Of a DNA stretch of 58,592 nt, positions 1 through 8,574 are shown piece by piece. The stretch covers positions 1-58,592 of the forward strand of contig JALSGO010000100.1 in assembly GCA_026982655.1 (NCBI GenBank). Direction: 5' to 3'. The stretch comes from Candidatus Bipolaricaulota bacterium. Its GTDB lineage: Bacteria > Bipolaricaulota > Bipolaricaulia > RBG-16-55-9. The notes beneath the pieces are model-generated. The model searched no databases. It was not told the origin of the DNA and was given only the letters and a program-made list of their open reading frames with translations. The translations under genes were made by a program, and so were the position numbers. Within the stretch, counting starts at the first letter, position 1. The number at the start of each line of letters is the position of its first letter.

Positions 1-147
1 GGGCTGCGGGTGAGGTGGCCGCTGCGGGACGGGAGGGGTCGGCCGGTGGCCTCGGGGGTCTACCTGGCGGTGGTGGAGGTCGAGACGGGCGAGGGGAGCC
101 CGCTCCACCGCCAAATCCTCAAACTCGTCGTCCTCCGCCGGCCTTGA
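1..147 (+). CDS. 3' end of a gene for a secreted protein ending in an FlgD-Ig/T9SS-CTD-like beta-sandwich tail (5' part outside window)
   Basis: Frame 1 is open from base 1 to TGA 145-147. The encoded tail VRWPLRDGRGRPVASGVYLAVVEVETGEGSPLHRQILKLVVLRRP aligns position-for-position with the C-terminus of the 41742-42110 product (VQWNLQTQEGAPAANGVYWAVVTVRDREGRLHVRLQRVWVLR). Confidence 0.45.
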   Translation, partial: GLRVRWPLRDGRGRPVASGVYLAVVEVETGEGSPLHRQILKLVVLRRP

Positions 148-203
148 TGGAGAGCCTCTCGTGTCGTCGCCGCGGGATGAGGGCGCGATGAGGGTAGTAG
201 GGA

Positions 204-1406
204 CTAGAGGCCCAGCCCCTTGGCGATCGTCTCCTTCTGGATCTCGTCCGTGCCCTCGACGATGCGCAGCACCCGCGCTAAGCGGAAGATCCGCTCGATG
301 GAAAGCTCCTTCATCACGCCCATCCCCCCGTGGACCTGGACCGCTCGGTCCGCCAAGCGATACAACGCTTGGGTGCAAAACCACTTGGCCATCGAGCTCT
401 CTTTGATGACGTCCTGGCCTTGATCGAAGCGCCAGGCGACGTACAGCAGCAGCCGTTCGGCGGCCTCCAGCTCCGCGGCGGACTCGGCAAGCATCCCCCG
501 GACGTGCTGGTACTTACCGATCGGCTTCCCGAAGGCCGTCCGCTGCCGGGCGTATTCGACACTCTGCTCCAGCAGGTAGTGGGCCAAGCCGACGCTCATC
601 GCGGCCACGTTGAGGCGGCCTACGGTGAGCCAGCTCATCGCCGTGTAGAAGCCCTGGCCCTCCTGACCGATGACGTTCTCCGCGGGCACCTCGCAGTCCT
701 CGAAGATGAGTTCCGCCTGCGCCCCGTCGTCCAGGAGACTTCGATTCACCCTCCCCACTTGGTAGCCGGGGGTGTCTCGATCCACCACGAAGGCCGTAAC
801 GCCCAAATATCCGTGCTCCTTGTAGAGCGTAGGGTCGGTCACCGCAAACACTTGGGCGAAGTCGGCGTCCACGGCGTTGGTGATGAAGGTCTTCATCCCG
901 TTAAGGACGTAGCGGTCGCCCTTCTTGACGGCGGTCGTCTTGAGGTTCTTGATGTCGGAGCCCGCCTCGGGCTCCGTGAGGGCAAAACACGTCGTCTTCT
1001 CTCCGCGCATCAGGGGATAGAGATACTTCTCCCGCTGGGCTTCCGGGAGGTGCAGCAGCATGGGGCTTGGCCCTTCCGGCCCGGCCAAGACGACGACGTT
1101 GAGCCCCAAGCCGTGGCGGAAGACTTCCTTGAAGGCCAAGGCCATCCCGACGCGGCCCACGCCCCCGCCGCCGACCTCCTCGGGCATGTGCATCCCGTAA
1201 TAGCCCAGCTCCGCGGAGCGCCTTCTTACGTGATCCAGCACCTCTTGGAACTCGGGGACGAGCCGTCCGTCCTCCCGGAGCCGGGCGCGCTCGTCCTCCA
1301 GGAAGCGTTTGTACCGCTCCTCCAGGGGCTTCACTTCCTTCTCGAGAAAGGAGCGGAGCCCGCGGACAATCAGCTGCGTCTCCTCGGGAACCGTAAAGTC
1401 CACCAT
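204..1406 (-). CDS. acyl-CoA dehydrogenase
   Basis: ORF 204-1541 trimmed to ATG 1406 (MVDFTVPEETQLIV...). ACAD hallmarks are CFALTEPEAGSD and the C-terminal RIVEGTDEIQKETIAKGLGL. The 45 upstream codons are G/P/L-rich read-through. Confidence 0.9.
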   Translation of the reverse strand: MVDFTVPEETQLIVRGLRSFLEKEVKPLEERYKRFLEDERARLREDGRLVPEFQEVLDHVRRRSAELGYYGMHMPEEVGGGGVGRVGMALAFKEVFRHGLGLNVVVLAGPEGPSPMLLHLPEAQREKYLYPLMRGEKTTCFALTEPEAGSDIKNLKTTAVKKGDRYVLNGMKTFITNAVDADFAQVFAVTDPTLYKEHGYLGVTAFVVDRDTPGYQVGRVNRSLLDDGAQAELIFEDCEVPAENVIGQEGQGFYTAMSWLTVGRLNVAAMSVGLAHYLLEQSVEYARQRTAFGKPIGKYQHVRGMLAESAAELEAAERLLLYVAWRFDQGQDVIKESSMAKWFCTQALYRLADRAVQVHGGMGVMKELSIERIFRLARVLRIVEGTDEIQKETIAKGLGL

Positions 1407-1415
1407 AGCGAGGGA

Positions 1416-1445
1416 AGTGTACGGCCTCTTCGTCGGGGAAGTCAA
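1416..1445 (-). promoter_or_regulatory. sigma70-type promoter abutting the acyl-CoA dehydrogenase start codon
   Basis: The minus strand reads TTGACT (1445-1440), an 18-nt spacer, TACACT (1421-1416), then 9 nt to ATG at 1406. No SD fits in between. Confidence 0.5.
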
Positions 1446-1499
1446 CGGGAAGGGGGGTTGCCCGTCAAGCCTCGGGGGACTAAGCTGCCCGGGGAGGCC

Positions 1500-2360
1500 A
1501 TGCAAAGCCGGAGGATGTTGGAGGAGATCGCCCGAGACCACCGATCCGGTGCAACGGAGCTCACCCGCCGGGCGGGCGAGGCCCTCCTGCGGTTTCTGGA
1601 AGAGCAGACCGGCTCTCCGTCTGCTCTCGTCGAAGAGCTTGCCCGCTTTGCGGAGCGGCTCACCGAGGCCCAGCCCGCGATGGCCTCCCTTCGCAACGTA
1701 GCTCGACGGGCGCTAGGGGCACTTCAGGAACGAGGCGATCTCGCAGCGGTCAAGGAGGCCGTTCAGGAGTTCCTCCAGGCCCTCGAGCGGAGCCCCGCCC
1801 GGATCGCCGAGCGGGCAGTCCCCCTCCTCCCCCCGGGATCCCGAATCCTCACCGTTTCGTACAGCGCGACGGTCCTTGAGGTCCTCGCGCGTGCGCACCG
1901 GGAGGGCCGAGGGATCGCGGTCGTCTGCCCCGAGTCGCGGCCTCTCTGCGAGGGGCTGCGACTGGCGCGCGAGCTCGCCTCCCACGGCATCCCTACGGAG
2001 ATCTGCGTGGACGCGCTGGCCCCGGCCCTGACGGAGGAATGCGATCTTGTGGTGGTGGGCGGGGACGCCCTTGCGCCCGAGGGGCTCCTCAACAAGTGCG
2101 GAACCCTCCCCCTGGCGCTGGCCGCCCATCGCACGCACACGCCCTTCCTCGTCGCGATCAGCTCTCTTAAGTTTCTCCCGCGCTTCGAGAGGTCGTGGAT
2201 TCGGGAGATGCCCCCGGAGGAGGTGCTGGACGAGCCCTTCCCAAGCGTGCGGGTCCGCAACCTGTACTTCGACCTCACTCCCTGGGAGTACATCACGCAC
2301 ACGGTCACCGAGTCCGGCGCGCTGACCGCCGAGGAGGTGCGAAGGAGGCTTTCCCCATGA
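1500..2360 (+). CDS. eIF-2B alpha/beta/delta-family protein (sugar-phosphate isomerase-like)
   Basis: In-frame ATG 1500 (alternative ATG 1515) lies inside the long shadow ORF 330-2360. The product MQSRRMLEEIARDH... carries RILTVSYSATV, VVCPESRP, VVVGGDAL..EG.LNK.GT..LALAA, typical of the IF-2B family. A weak TTGCCC-17-TAAGCT match sits at 1458-1486. Confidence 0.75.
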   Translation: MQSRRMLEEIARDHRSGATELTRRAGEALLRFLEEQTGSPSALVEELARFAERLTEAQPAMASLRNVARRALGALQERGDLAAVKEAVQEFLQALERSPARIAERAVPLLPPGSRILTVSYSATVLEVLARAHREGRGIAVVCPESRPLCEGLRLARELASHGIPTEICVDALAPALTEECDLVVVGGDALAPEGLLNKCGTLPLALAAHRTHTPFLVAISSLKFLPRFERSWIREMPPEEVLDEPFPSVRVRNLYFDLTPWEYITHTVTESGALTAEEVRRRLSP

Positions 2361-3196
2361 GCGAGCCGAGGACTGCGGAGATCTTCGCAATCGGCAACGA
2401 GCTGTTGCTGGGAATCGTCCAGGACACGAATACCCACTGGCTCTGCCGGCAGATCGCGGGTCTCGGGGGACGGGTTCGGCGGGCTACGCTGCTGCCTGAT
2501 GATCCTTCCCTCGTGGGGGCCGAACTGCGAAGGGCCCTCGAGAGGGGACCGGACCTGCTCGTGACCACGGGGGGCCTAGGCCCCACCCCGGACGACCGCA
2601 CGCTGGAGGCGATCGCACAGGCCCTAGGAGTCCCCCTGGAGGAGAGCGGAGAAGCCCTCCAAATCGTGGAGCGGCGCTATCGGGAGCTCTTCGAGCAGGG
2701 CCGGGTGGACTCCCCGGAGCTCACGGACGCCCGACGCAAGATGGCTCGGCTCCCAAAGGGGGCTCGGGCGCTGGACAACCGCGTGGGGACCGCACCGGGG
2801 GTCCTCCTTCGCCGAGGGAGGACGACGGTCGTCGCCCTCCCCGGCGTGCCTTCCGAGATGAGGGCCATCTGGGCGCACGCGCTCCCGCCTCACCTGGAGC
2901 GGATCTTCGGCCAAGGGTTCTACCTCGAGAGGACCCTCGTCGTGGCGGTCAACGATGAGTCCCTCCTGGCCCCGATTCTGCGGGAACACCAAAGCGCTTG
3001 GCCGCAGGTGTACATCAAGTCCCGTCCTCAGAGCTTCGCGGAGGGGTTCAAAATCCTCATCACGCTGGCCATGAGCGGGGAGCGCTCCGCGGTGGAGGCG
3101 ACCCTCGCCCGCGCCGTCCACGGGCTGAGGGAGCGCCTGCGGCGGGAGGGGTTGCCCGTGGAGGAGAGCCACGCCCGTGACGGGGGGACCGTTTGA
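2357..3196 (+). CDS. CinA-like MoCF-binding domain protein (competence/damage-inducible protein A N-terminal type)
   Basis: ATG 2357 overlaps the upstream TGA (ATGA 2357-2360). The N-terminus AEIFAIGNELLLGIVQDTNTHWL and LLVTTGGLGPTPDDRT are classic CinA/MoaB-fold blocks. Confidence 0.85.
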   Translation: MSEPRTAEIFAIGNELLLGIVQDTNTHWLCRQIAGLGGRVRRATLLPDDPSLVGAELRRALERGPDLLVTTGGLGPTPDDRTLEAIAQALGVPLEESGEALQIVERRYRELFEQGRVDSPELTDARRKMARLPKGARALDNRVGTAPGVLLRRGRTTVVALPGVPSEMRAIWAHALPPHLERIFGQGFYLERTLVVAVNDESLLAPILREHQSAWPQVYIKSRPQSFAEGFKILITLAMSGERSAVEATLARAVHGLRERLRREGLPVEESHARDGGTV

Positions 3197-3255
3197 CGTC
3201 GCTTCCCCCCATCGCCTACTCTACACAGCTACAGACGGGCAGAGGAGGCGAGACG

Positions 3256-4532
<1,277 letters not shown>

Positions 4533-4536
<4 letters not shown>

Positions 4537-6776
4537 AGGCTTCCCCAGCGCTGCGAGTCGCGGAGGTCCGATCTGCAACCGGGTGTCGGCCGTCGCTTCG
4601 GCGTATCCTGTGGCCGGCGGCGGCGTCAGGAGCGCTCCTCGCCGTAGCCGTGCTCACGGCTCCCCTTGGGGGACGGGCACAGCCCTCGGTGGAGGGGGAG
4701 TGGACAACGCCTCAGACGTGGCCTGTCGTCGCGGTCCACGCCGTGGTGCTCCCCACGGGGAAGGTGCTTCACTACTCCTATCCGAAGGACGGCAGCGGAT
4801 CGGAGGCGTGGCTGTGGGATCCCGCCACGAATGCCTTTACCGAGGTCTCCCTCAACGGGGTGGACCTCTTCTGCAGCGGTCAGGCCCTCCTCGGGGACGG
4901 CCGGGTGTTCGTGACGGGGGGCACCGATCCCGCCTCCCAAGACCCCGTTTTCCTGGGGATTCCGGACGTGTATACCTTTGACCCCTTTACGGAGACGTGG
5001 ACCCGGGTGGGGGAGATGGCCGTCGGGCGCTGGTACCCGACCAACGTCGCCCTTCCCGATGGGCGAATGCTCATCTTCTCGGGGCTCGACGGGAACGGCG
5101 ACCTCACGGACCTCGTGGAGAGCTACGACCCCGCCACGAACGTCCTCCAAGTCGTCCCGGGCGCGGAGCGCTTCCTCGACTTGTATCCTCGCCTCTTCCT
5201 CCTCCCCTCGGGGAAGATCTTCCACGCCGGACCGGAGCCGATCTCTGCCCTCTTTGACCCGGCCACCAACACCTGGCAGGACGCAGCCACCAGCAACTTC
5301 GGCTACCGAGGGGAGGGGACCGCGGTGCTCTTGGCGCTGGAGCCGCCGGACTACCGCCCTCGAGTGCTGATCGCGGGCGGGAGCCCCAACCCCTGGGGGG
5401 AGCCGCCCGACCCCGCGACGAACACCGCGGAGATCATCGACCTCGGGGAGCCGAACCCTACGTGGCGCTATACGGCGTCCATGGCCTACGGACGCCAGCA
5501 CCTGAACGCGGTGCTCCTCCCCGACGGCACGGTCCTCGTCATAGGGGGGACGGCCTCGGACAACGACGAGACGGCCGCCGTCTACGCCGCAGAGCTCTTC
5601 GACCCCGTGCGCGAGACGTGGACGGTGCTCGCCTCGATGCAGCGCCCGCGGATGTACCACTCCAGCGCGGTGCTCCTCCCCGACGGGCGGGTGCTTGTAG
5701 CGGGCACCGACGGGGAGTTCACCGCGGAGATCTTCAGCCCTCCCTATCTCTTTCAGGGACCGCGCCCGCAGATCGCATCCGCCCCGACGACGATCGTCTA
5801 CGGCGATCCCTTCTCCGTGAACACCCCCGACGCAACGGATATCGACCGCGCCGTGCTCGTCCGGCCCGGAGCGGCCACCCACAGCACGAACCTCGATCAA
5901 CGCCTGATCGTCCTGGAGCTTCAGCCGGGCCCGGGCGCGGACGAACTTACCCTGACCGCGCCGCCGAGCGCCGCGGTGGCCCCCCCGGGCTACTACATGC
6001 TCTTCCTGCTCGACGCCTCCGGGGTCCCCTCCGTCGCGCGGTTCGTGCGCCTTCAGGCGGCACCCGACGCCGGAACCGCAGCCACCTTCCGGGTGGATCG
6101 CCAGGGGAACGTCTACGCCGATCGGGCTTTCTTCTGCGGCCTCGTTTCGGGGTGCTTCAACGCGGGCCCGGGGGCCGACCTCGCCGAGCGGATCGACGTG
6201 ACGGAGTCGGTGGAGCCCGGAGACGTGATCGAGATCGACCCGGACCGCCCGAAGCGCTATCGCCGAGCCCGAGGCCCCTACAGCCCACGGGTGGTCGGGG
6301 TGATCGCCACCGCCCCCGCGATCACCTTGGGGAACCGCTTCTCGGAGTGGAAGCAAGACCGACCCCTTCGCCTCGATCGTCTGCGCACGATCGGCGTTCG
6401 GCCGCTGCTTGGCCCCCCCTGGCCCCGGCCGCGGGGCTTCCAAGGGGGCACGGCTCTCGAGCGGATCGCAGGCCACGGCGTCGCGGGGGGGATGTCGCTC
6501 GGCATCGCCCAATTGGTCGAACATCTCCGGGCCGAGCTCCTGCGCGCAAGCCCCGGGACGGAGCGCCCCTTGTTGGCGCTCATGGGGCGGGTCTACGTGA
6601 AGGCCACCGCGGCGAACGGCCCCATCCGCCCCGGGGATCTCCTCACCACGGCCGAGGAGCCCGGGTACGCCATGCGCTGTCCCGATCTTGCACGGTGCGA
6701 GGGGGCGATCCTCGGCAAGGCCCTCTCCCCGCTGGAGAGCGGCCGAGGCGTGATCGAGATCCTGCTCCTCCGTTGA
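4533..6776 (+). CDS. secreted copper radical oxidase (glyoxal/galactose oxidase family) with an extra ~230-aa C-terminal module
   Basis: ATG 4533 overlaps the upstream stop (ATGA 4533-4536). Signal peptide ...GALLAVAVLTAPLGGRAQP. All active-site motifs are present: DLFCSG (Cys codon 4872-4874), GRWYPT, RMYHSS, ATHSTNLDQR. The last ~231 aa form the module shared with 20806-22848 and 53493-56195. Confidence 0.85.
6574..6682 (+). repeat. 109-nt segment identical to 22643-22751
   Basis: Base-by-base comparison: tggcgctcatggggcgggtctacgtgaagg...gggtacgccatgcgctgtcc is identical in both places. The flanking bases differ (t/a upstream, c/t downstream). Confidence 0.95.
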
Positions 6777-6932
6777 AGCCCGGTGCCCCGCCGTCTGCGA
6801 CGTGCGCAGCCCGGATCCCCTCTCACGCGATGCCCGCTCGCTACATGAGGAGCTCCCCTCCACGCCGGGACATACGCCCCTGGGGGTTGCAGGAAGGGCC
6901 GGTTCGAGATAAGCTTCTAAGAAGGCATGCGG

Positions 6933-6965
6933 GACCGGACCGGCCCAGCCCGGCCCGGTCCGGTC
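6933..6965 (+). other. GC-rich hairpin downstream of the oxidase gene
   Basis: gaccggaccgg (6933-6943) pairs perfectly with ccggtccggtc (6955-6965) around an 11-nt loop. It is followed by caaaag, so there is no U-tract on the plus strand. Confidence 0.35.
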
Positions 6966-7029
6966 AAAAGCGGGAGGAAGAAGGGGCGAGAATCGGGTGG
7001 CAGACCGAAGCCAACGCGATCGCAGGGGG

Positions 7030-7269
7030 ATGAGGAGACTCCGGCTCGCAAGCAGTCTCGTCGTGGTGTTGGCTTGGACGCTGCTCGTGTGGGGAACGAG
7101 CTTGGGGAGCAGTTGCACGTCTGCATCCGGGTGCGCCCTCGAGCCCTCGGAGCTGAGGCTCTCCCCGACCTTCGAGTCCCTCGCCTCTCCCGACGCACGA
7201 CCCTCCCCCGCCCTTTACACCCCGCTTACGCTTCCGGAGAAACCCCCTCAGAGACGGCTCGTCTCGTGA
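7030..7269 (+). CDS. possible small secreted protein
   Basis: ATG 7030 gives MRRLRLASSLVVVLAWTLLVWGTSLG..., which looks like a signal peptide. SD spacing is poor and the rest is P/S/L-rich, so support is weak. Confidence 0.25.
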   Translation: MRRLRLASSLVVVLAWTLLVWGTSLGSSCTSASGCALEPSELRLSPTFESLASPDARPSPALYTPLTLPEKPPQRRLVS

Positions 7270-7501
7270 GGCCCCGTCCCCGCGCCCGCACCCGCACCTG
7301 AACCTGACCTGCGGCCTGGAAGACACCTCCGATCGTGTCTCCGCAGGGTCGATCTGCCGGAAGACCTCGGTGCGATGGCCTCACCGCCAAGGGACCTCCG
7401 CGCAAGGGACCGAGACTACCCCTTCCTCCGCGAAGGGGGAAGGCATAACGGGAGTATGGAACGAGAGATGCAGTAAGGAAGGGAGGAAAGGAAGGAGGAC
7501 A

Positions 7502-8038
7502 ATGGCCCGTCCGAAGAAGAAACGACAAAGAGGGAAGGGAACGCCAACGGCAACGACTATGAGTCCGCACTCGCCCCGGTCGCCTCAGGAGCGACTCAAC
7601 CTCTGGATCGCCGGGGGGAGCGCTCTGGTCATCGGGGTGGTGATCCTGCTGGTAGGGCTTTCGTCCCTCTCCGAATCGAGGGACACCCGCGTTCTCCCCC
7701 CGATCACCGTGGTAGGGCACATCGAGCGCTATCCCGAGGAACGGATCTCACGGGAGACGCCGATCCCCCTCCCCGTGCAGCGACACATCCTCGAGCACGT
7801 TCCGCTCAGCATGGGGCAGCAGCGCCCGGGGATCTTGCTCCAGTTCAACTGCGAGAAGTTCGAATGTGCCGACGACCTGGTGGATCGCTTGGTAGCCATC
7901 GCCGAGGAGTACGAGTACGTCTACATGGCTCCTTACCCCGCCATGGACGCCAAGATCGCCTTGACGGCTTACGGACGGATCCTCACGCTCGATGAGGTGG
8001 ACGAGGAACGGATCCGCACCTTCATCGAGGGACCGTAG
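7502..8038 (+). CDS. membrane-anchored DUF3105-family protein
   Basis: ATG 7502 follows AAGGAGGA (7492-7499). Basic N-terminus plus a TM helix (LWIAGGSALVIGVVILLVGL). DUF3105-like blocks LPP.T..GH, HILEH, YVYMAPYP...IALTAYGR...IRTFIE, and a CEKFEC pair. Clear paralogue of 18616-19134. Confidence 0.75.
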   Translation: MARPKKKRQRGKGTPTATTMSPHSPRSPQERLNLWIAGGSALVIGVVILLVGLSSLSESRDTRVLPPITVVGHIERYPEERISRETPIPLPVQRHILEHVPLSMGQQRPGILLQFNCEKFECADDLVDRLVAIAEEYEYVYMAPYPAMDAKIALTAYGRILTLDEVDEERIRTFIEGP

Positions 8039-8143
8039 GGAGAGGCCGCTCGAGGAGATGCGCAGGGCAAAGGCGAAGAGCGCGGCGCGGAGCGAGCAGC
8101 GCGACAAGCGGCCGCCAAGCGGCCAGACCACAAGGAGGCGAGC

Positions 8144-8569
8144 ATGAGCAAAGGCAAGGGCAAGACCCGCGGGAGTGCGCGAAAGGGCAAGCTGCCCCTC
8201 GGTTGGATCGTCGCCGGGCTTGTGATCCTAGCGGGGATCTTCTTCCTGGCCCTGCGGGGCGGACAACAGGGCGAGGCGCCGGCGGAGGGCGCGATCGCGA
8301 TGCGGGCCGGAAACTTCTTCTTCTCCCCTAAGACGCTCACAGTCACAGTGGGCGAGGAGGTCGTCCTCGACATCCGCTCCACCGGGGTCCACACCTTCAC
8401 CATCGACGAACTGGGGGTCAACGTACGATTTGGGACGGGCAAAGCGACGGTGCGCTTTACCCCCGACCGCCCCGGACAATTCGAGTATTACTGCGCCATC
8501 CCCGGCCATCGCGAGCGGGGCATGATCGGAACCCTCGTCGTGGAAGAGGGAGGAGGCGAAGGAGGTTGA
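8144..8569 (+). CDS. membrane-anchored cupredoxin (type-1 blue copper protein)
   Basis: ATG 8144 follows AAGGAGG (8132-8138). N-terminal anchor LGWIVAGLVILAGIFFLAL. Copper ligands are His in GVHTF and C-x2-H-x4-M in YYCAIPGHRERGM. Confidence 0.85.
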   Translation: MSKGKGKTRGSARKGKLPLGWIVAGLVILAGIFFLALRGGQQGEAPAEGAIAMRAGNFFFSPKTLTVTVGEEVVLDIRSTGVHTFTIDELGVNVRFGTGKATVRFTPDRPGQFEYYCAIPGHRERGMIGTLVVEEGGGEGG

Positions 8570-8574
8570 AGGCC

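Noticed and set aside
330-1499. The 5' two-thirds of the 676-aa ORF 330-2360, plus the N-terminal extensions of other track ORFs (204-1541, 3193-, 4311-, 24651-, 29651-, 32994-, 46501-, 48432-49364, 56199-57785, 56948-57982).
   Set aside because: These parts lie antisense to, or upstream of, well-supported genes. They are Arg/Gly/Pro/Ala-rich, as expected for shadow frames in GC-rich DNA, and lack SD sites. Internal ATG or GTG codons with GGAGG sites or ATGA overlaps give products that start where the recognisable domains or signal peptides start.
6574-6682. A diversity-generating retroelement (template/variable repeat pair) as the explanation for the 109-nt and 68-nt identical segments at the 3' ends of the three genes.
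   Set aside because: No reverse-transcriptase gene or non-coding template copy is present in the window. The repeats are perfectly identical rather than differing at adenine positions, and both copies are coding. Gene conversion between paralogues is the simpler reading.
4626-7118. Very long antisense ORFs: 4626-7118 (830 aa), 14138-15601, 16814-17836, 33390-34283, 35349-36854, 43647-44816, 54585-55658 and many shorter ones.
   Set aside because: Each is the reverse-strand shadow of a gene with clear family motifs. Their translations are low-complexity (R, G, P, A, D, H) with no recognisable motifs, which is the typical artefact of high GC and the resulting scarcity of stop codons.
6927-7301. 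The 124-codon ORF starting just downstream of the TTGCAG-17-TAAGCT hexamers.
   Set aside because: The translation is extremely Arg/Pro/Gly-rich (shadow-frame composition) and overlaps the alternative 7030-7269 frame. There is no supporting motif.
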